From the NCBI RefSeq assembly GCF_059730245.1, contig NZ_AP029605.1: DNA of 32,000 bases, one strand, 5' to 3'. Under the pieces are notes generated by a model that was not told where the DNA came from, made no database searches, and worked only from the letters and a program-made list of their open reading frames with translations. Positions 27,153-32,000 of this stretch are shown here, one piece after another (position 1 is the first letter of the stretch; the number at the start of each line of letters is the position of its first letter). A program made the position numbers and the translations under genes.

Positions 27153-29471
27153 ATGAAAATTAGCGACGGAAACTGGTTGATTCAACCTGGCCTCAATTTG
27201 ATTCACCCGCTTCAGGTGTTCGAGGTTGAACAGCAGGGTAATGAAATGGTGGTCTATGCTGCCCCTCGTGATGTGCGTGAACGTACCTGGCAGCTTGATA
27301 CGCCTTTATTTACGCTGCGCTTTTTCTCCCCACAGGAAGGTATTGTCGGTGTACGGATTGAGCATTTTCAGGGGGCGCTGAATAACGGTCCTCATTACCC
27401 GCTCAATATTTTGCAGGACGTGAAGGTCACTATCGAAAACACAGAACGTTACGCTGAGTTTAAAAGTGGCAACTTAAGTGCGCGTGTCAGCAAAGGTGAG
27501 TTCTGGTCACTGGATTTTCTGCGCAACGGCGAACGTATTACCGGTAGTCAGGTGAAAAATAACGGCTACGTGCAGGACACGAATAATCAACGAAATTATA
27601 TGTTTGAGCGGCTGGATCTTGGCGTTGGCGAAACAGTTTACGGTCTGGGAGAGCGCTTTACTGCCCTGGTGCGCAATGGCCAGACGGTAGAGACCTGGAA
27701 CCGGGACGGCGGCACAAGTACTGAACAGGCGTATAAAAATATCCCGTTTTATATGACTAACCGTGGTTATGGGGTACTGGTCAATCATCCCCAATGCGTC
27801 TCTTTTGAAGTGGGATCGGAGAAAGTCTCCAAAGTACAGTTCAGCGTTGAGAGTGAATATCTCGAATACTTTGTTATCGACGGCCCGACGCCGAAAGCGG
27901 TACTTGATCGTTATACCTGTTTTACTGGCCGTCCGGCGCTGCCGCCCGCGTGGTCCTTCGGTCTGTGGCTAACCACTTCATTTACCACCAACTACGACGA
28001 AGCGACGGTAAACAGCTTTATCGATGGTATGGCGGAACGCAATCTGCCGCTGCATGTTTTCCACTTTGACTGTTTCTGGATGAAAGCCTTCCAGTGGTGC
28101 GATTTTGAGTGGGACCCGCTGACTTTCCCGGACCCGGAAGGGATGATCCGCCGCCTGAAAGCGAAAGGGCTAAAAATCTGCGTCTGGATTAACCCCTATA
28201 TCGGGCAAAAATCCCCTGTCTTTAAAGAGTTACAAGAGAAAGGCTATTTACTCAAACGCCCGGACGGTTCGTTATGGCAGTGGGATAAATGGCAGCCAGG
28301 TCTGGCGATTTATGACTTTACCAATCCGGATGCCTGCAAATGGTACGCCGACAAACTGAAAGGTCTGGTCGCGATGGGCGTTGATTGCTTTAAGACCGAC
28401 TTTGGCGAACGTATTCCAACCGATGTTCAGTGGTTTGACGGTTCCGATCCGCAGAAAATGCATAACCATTATGCGTACATCTACAACGAACTGGTGTGGA
28501 ACGTGCTCAAGGACACCGTTGGCGAGGAAGAAGCCGTCTTGTTTGCCCGCTCGGCCTCCGTCGGTGCGCAGAAATTCCCGGTACACTGGGGTGGTGACTG
28601 TTACGCTAACTACGAATCAATGGCGGAAAGCCTGCGCGGTGGTTTGTCTATTGGCCTTTCAGGTTTTGGTTTCTGGAGCCACGATATCGGCGGCTTTGAA
28701 AATACCGCTCCGGCGCACGTTTACAAACGCTGGTGCGCGTTTGGTTTGCTTTCCAGCCATAGCCGTTTACATGGCAGCAAATCTTATCGTGTGCCGTGGG
28801 CCTACGATGATGAGTCCTGTGATGTGGTGCGCTTCTTCACGCAACTGAAATGCCGCATGATGCCGTATCTGTATCGTGAAGCTGCACGTGCAAACGCCCG
28901 GGGTACGCCGATGATGCGGGCCATGATGATGGAGTTCCCGGACGATCCGGCTTGTGATTACCTTGACCGTCAATATATGTTAGGCGACAACGTGATGGTT
29001 GCGCCTGTGTTCACTGAAGCGGGCGATGTGCAGTTCTACCTGCCGGAAGGTCGCTGGACACACCTGTGGCACAACGATGAACTCGACGGTAGTCGCTGGC
29101 ATAAACAGCAGCACAGCTTCCTGAGTCTGCCCGTTTATGTGCGTGATAGCACCCTACTGGCGCTGGGCAACAACGATCAACGTCCCGATTACGCGTGGCA
29201 CGAAGGTACGGCATTCCACCTCTTTAATCTGCAAGACGGGCATGAAGCCGTCTGTGAAGTGCCCGATGCTGACGGTTCGGTGATCTTTACTTTAAAAGCA
29301 GCACGTACTGGCAACACGATTACTGTGACTGGTACGGGCGAGGCGAAGAACTGGACACTGTGCTTGCGCAATGTTGTGAAAGTAAATGGTCTGCAAGGCG
29401 GTTCGCAGGCTGAAAGTGAGCAGGGACTGGTGGTGACTCCTCAAGGGAATGCGCTGACAATTACGTTGTAA
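27153..29471 (+). CDS. yicI: YicI, GH31 alpha-xylosidase, 772 aa
   Basis: GH31 catalytic signature [22 protein letters not shown]; full length; operonic with yicJ. Confidence 0.97.
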   Translation: MKISDGNWLIQPGLNLIHPLQVFEVEQQGNEMVVYAAPRDVRERTWQLDTPLFTLRFFSPQEGIVGVRIEHFQGALNNGPHYPLNILQDVKVTIENTERYAEFKSGNLSARVSKGEFWSLDFLRNGERITGSQVKNNGYVQDTNNQRNYMFERLDLGVGETVYGLGERFTALVRNGQTVETWNRDGGTSTEQAYKNIPFYMTNRGYGVLVNHPQCVSFEVGSEKVSKVQFSVESEYLEYFVIDGPTPKAVLDRYTCFTGRPALPPAWSFGLWLTTSFTTNYDEATVNSFIDGMAERNLPLHVFHFDCFWMKAFQWCDFEWDPLTFPDPEGMIRRLKAKGLKICVWINPYIGQKSPVFKELQEKGYLLKRPDGSLWQWDKWQPGLAIYDFTNPDACKWYADKLKGLVAMGVDCFKTDFGERIPTDVQWFDGSDPQKMHNHYAYIYNELVWNVLKDTVGEEEAVLFARSASVGAQKFPVHWGGDCYANYESMAESLRGGLSIGLSGFGFWSHDIGGFENTAPAHVYKRWCAFGLLSSHSRLHGSKSYRVPWAYDDESCDVVRFFTQLKCRMMPYLYREAARANARGTPMMRAMMMEFPDDPACDYLDRQYMLGDNVMVAPVFTEAGDVQFYLPEGRWTHLWHNDELDGSRWHKQQHSFLSLPVYVRDSTLLALGNNDQRPDYAWHEGTAFHLFNLQDGHEAVCEVPDADGSVIFTLKAARTGNTITVTGTGEAKNWTLCLRNVVKVNGLQGGSQAESEQGLVVTPQGNALTITL

Positions 29472-29485
29472 TCTATTGAAGAATG

Positions 29486-29516
29486 CCGGATACGAATGGT
29501 TTTGTGTCGTATCCGG
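29486..29516. terminator. Hairpin downstream of yicI (REP-like/terminator)
   Basis: CCGGATACGA (29486-29495) is the exact reverse complement of TCGTATCCGG (29507-29516); the sequence resembles enterobacterial REP/PU-type intergenic hairpins. Confidence 0.55.
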
Positions 29517-29765
29517 TAAATAATCTCACATCTGGTAATAAATATTTCTTCCATCGTATTTGCGAGCATGATCACGATTATTCATCACGAAAATGTGATC
29601 TGTGCTGAAAAATATCCCTTAACCGCCTTGCTTTGTTTTATCACTGTCCGGATTACGGACAGATTTTAGTATTGTTGTGAAATTATTCTGCTTTATATTT
29701 ACCCTCAGAGATGGCAACTGAAGCTCTTCCATATGGGGCTTCTTAATCTGTGATAAGGGTAAAAA

Positions 29766-31319
29766 ATGCAAATGATTACCTCGCGACAAAACAGATTATT
29801 ACGATTCCTTTTACCTCGAAGGGAATATACGACTATTGTTACGATTGCCGGCTATTTAAATGTTTCGGAAAAAACCATTCAACGTGATTTACGTTTACTT
29901 GAGCAATGGCTGGGACAATGGAGAATAAATGTTGAGAAGCGTGCTGGCGCGGGTGTGATGTTAAGCGCGGAGAATATTGCTGATTTGCTGCATCTTGATC
30001 ATTTGTTGGTGGCAGAATGTGAAGAGATTGATGGTGTAATGAATAATGCCAGGCGCGTTAAAATAGCGTCGCAGTTATTAAGTGAAACACCGAATGAAAC
30101 GTCGATCAGTAAATTGTCAGAACGCTACTTTATCAGCGGAGCCTCTATTGTTAATGACCTGAGAGTAATTGAGTCCTGGCTTGCGCCGTTGGGGTTATCG
30201 TTGATCCGCAGTCCAAGTGGTACGCATATTGAAGGTAGTGAAGGGCAAGTCCGACAGGCAATGGCATTACTGATTAACGGCATTATTAACCATAATGAGC
30301 CGCAAGGTGTCGTGTATTCACGTCTGGATCCCGGAAGCTATAAAGCATTAGTCCATTATTTTGGAGAAGAAGAGGTGTTATTTGTCCAGTCATTGTTACT
30401 GGATATGGAAAATGAATTAAGTTGGTCTTTGGGAGAACCTTATTACGTTAACATTTTTACTCACATCCTTATTATGATGTATCGCAACACGCACGGGAAT
30501 GCGTTATCAAGAGAAGAAGATCAAACCAGGCAATATGATGAAAATATCTTTAATGTTGCCAGTCAGATGATTCATAAGATAGAACAACGAATTGCACATA
30601 CATTGCCCGATGATGAAGTCTGGTTTATTTATCAATATATCATTTCATCAGGTGTGGCGATTGATGGACAAAAAGATGTTAGCATTATTTCACATATGCA
30701 GGCCAGCAATGAAGCGCGTCTGATTACCTGGCGTTTAATTACGGTATTCAGTGACATCGTGGACTGCGATTTTAGTGAAGACAGCGCATTATATGATGGC
30801 TTATTGGTGCATATTAAGCCGCTGATTAACCGTCTAAATTATCGCATTCATATCCGTAATCCATTGCTGGAAGATATTAAAGCAGAATTAGCGGATGTCT
30901 GGCGGTTGACGCAATATGTGGTGAATCAGGTATTTAAAACCTGGGGTGAGAATGCAGTGAGCGAGGATGAAGTGGGTTACCTGACCGTTCATTTTCAGGC
31001 TGCGATGGAGCGGCAAATTGCCCGTAAACGTGTATTACTGGTCTGTTCAACCGGAATCGGAACTTCGCATCTACTGAAAAGCCGTATTCTGCGAGCATTT
31101 CCTGAATGGACGATTGTTGATGTTATTTCAGCAGCGAATTTATCACAGGTTTTGCCTGACAATATCGAACTGATTATTTCGACCATTAATTTGCCTACAG
31201 TCACTATGCCGGTCGCTTATGTTACCGCTTTTTTTAATGATGCCGATATTAAGCGGGTCACTGAAATGGTGATTACGGAAAAATTACATCATGCGACGTC
31301 TCGGGTCGTTGAAATTTAA
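29766..31319 (+). CDS. BglG/MtlR-type PTS-regulated transcriptional regulator (HTH, PRDs, EIIB-like domain), 517 aa
   Basis: N-terminal HTH (LLRFLLPRREYTTIVTIAGYLNVSEKTIQRDLRLLEQWL), PRD-like regions, C-terminal EIIB-like VLLVCSTGIGTSHLLKSRI. Confidence 0.88.
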   Translation: MQMITSRQNRLLRFLLPRREYTTIVTIAGYLNVSEKTIQRDLRLLEQWLGQWRINVEKRAGAGVMLSAENIADLLHLDHLLVAECEEIDGVMNNARRVKIASQLLSETPNETSISKLSERYFISGASIVNDLRVIESWLAPLGLSLIRSPSGTHIEGSEGQVRQAMALLINGIINHNEPQGVVYSRLDPGSYKALVHYFGEEEVLFVQSLLLDMENELSWSLGEPYYVNIFTHILIMMYRNTHGNALSREEDQTRQYDENIFNVASQMIHKIEQRIAHTLPDDEVWFIYQYIISSGVAIDGQKDVSIISHMQASNEARLITWRLITVFSDIVDCDFSEDSALYDGLLVHIKPLINRLNYRIHIRNPLLEDIKAELADVWRLTQYVVNQVFKTWGENAVSEDEVGYLTVHFQAAMERQIARKRVLLVCSTGIGTSHLLKSRILRAFPEWTIVDVISAANLSQVLPDNIELIISTINLPTVTMPVAYVTAFFNDADIKRVTEMVITEKLHHATSRVVEI

Positions 31320-31345
31320 TGTCAGAATTTTATGAGGTATGACGA

Positions 31346-31816
31346 ATGGACATAACAAAAATCCTGAATACGAATCGCGTTATTTTAGATATGCAAGCGA
31401 CGAATAAAGCGGAGGCGATTGAAGAATTAACTAATCTTCTCAAAAAAGATGGTGCGATCGATTGTCGGGAAACCTTTATTAAAGATGTCTGGCAGCGCGA
31501 AGCGGAAGGCTCGACTGGTTTTGAAAATCATATTGCGATCCCGCATGGTAAATCTTCAGCTGTGATTAATACTACGCTGGCAATTGGCCGTACCCGCCAG
31601 GATATTCCTTGGGAAACGCTGGATGGCAGTAGCGTGCGCTGTATTATTTTATTTGCGGTACGTCTTGAAGATCAAAATACCACCCATATCCGTTTACTTT
31701 CCCAGGTCGCGGGCGCGCTGGCGGATGATGACATCATAGAACAATTGTTAGTTGAGACGAGTCCGCAAAAAATCATTGATCTCTTTAGTCAGTATGCACA
31801 ATCCGATGTCTTCTAA
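31346..31816 (+). CDS. PTS EIIA component, fructose/mannitol family, 156 aa
   Basis: Active-site region GFENHIAIPHGKSSAVINTTLAIGR typical of PTS_EIIA_2. Confidence 0.9.
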   Translation: MDITKILNTNRVILDMQATNKAEAIEELTNLLKKDGAIDCRETFIKDVWQREAEGSTGFENHIAIPHGKSSAVINTTLAIGRTRQDIPWETLDGSSVRCIILFAVRLEDQNTTHIRLLSQVAGALADDDIIEQLLVETSPQKIIDLFSQYAQSDVF

Positions 31817-31833
31817 ATAACAGGGAGTATGTC

Positions 31834-32000
31834 ATGAATATTGTCTGTGTTGCCGCCTGTACGGCGGGTATTGCTCATACCTATATTGCTCGTGAAAAGT
31901 TAATCAAAGGAGCAAAAGCTCTGGGCCATACCATTAAAGTTGAAACCCAGGGAACCATTGGTACAGAAAATGAATTACAGGCGGCAGATATCTCTGCTGC
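31834..32000 (+). CDS. PTS EIIB component, fructose family (truncated by window end)
   Basis: ATG at 31834: MNIVCVAACTAGIAHTYIAREKLIKGAKALGHTIKVETQGTIGTENELQAADISA..., with the fructose-type EIIB CxxGIAHT phosphocysteine loop. Confidence 0.88.
   Translation, partial: MNIVCVAACTAGIAHTYIAREKLIKGAKALGHTIKVETQGTIGTENELQAADISA

Noticed and set aside
1-32000. CRISPR arrays, toxin-antitoxin or anti-phage defence systems, and a novel secretion system
   Set aside because: No spaced direct-repeat array and no recognisable defence genes were seen. The secretion genes are the standard LEE T3SS.

Overview
This window is most of a locus of enterocyte effacement (LEE) pathogenicity island from an attaching/effacing Escherichia, most likely E. 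coli, joined through selC (tRNA-Sec) to the chromosomal backbone genes yicJ and yicI. The order is the canonical LEE order: grlA 3' end; LEE2 on the minus strand (espZ-escI-escJ-sepD-escC-cesD); LEE3 on the plus strand (cesL/mpc-escV-escN-escO-escP-sepQ); espH; cesF (-); map; LEE5 (tir-cesT-eae); escD (-); LEE4 (sepL-espA-espD-espB-cesD2-escF-escG-espF). LEE1 and espG would lie left of base 1. Between espF and selC is about 0.9 kb holding a degenerate IS3-family transposase remnant and no integrase. Right of yicI is the start of a PTS locus: a BglG/MtlR-type PRD regulator, a fructose-type EIIA, and a truncated EIIB. I found no new system; the LEE is well described. The most unusual observation is an in-frame amber codon (TAG, replacing the expected CAG/Gln15) in the N-terminal secretion and mitochondrial-targeting region of espF. 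Every other complete LEE gene looks intact. Other points of interest are poly-G tracts on both sides of tir, nested inverted repeats at the divergent LEE2/LEE3 promoter, a Tir carrying both Tyr454 (NPY) and Tyr474 (Nck-type) motifs, and the PTS locus next to yicI. All identifications come from recalled family sequence and synteny; no database search was run.
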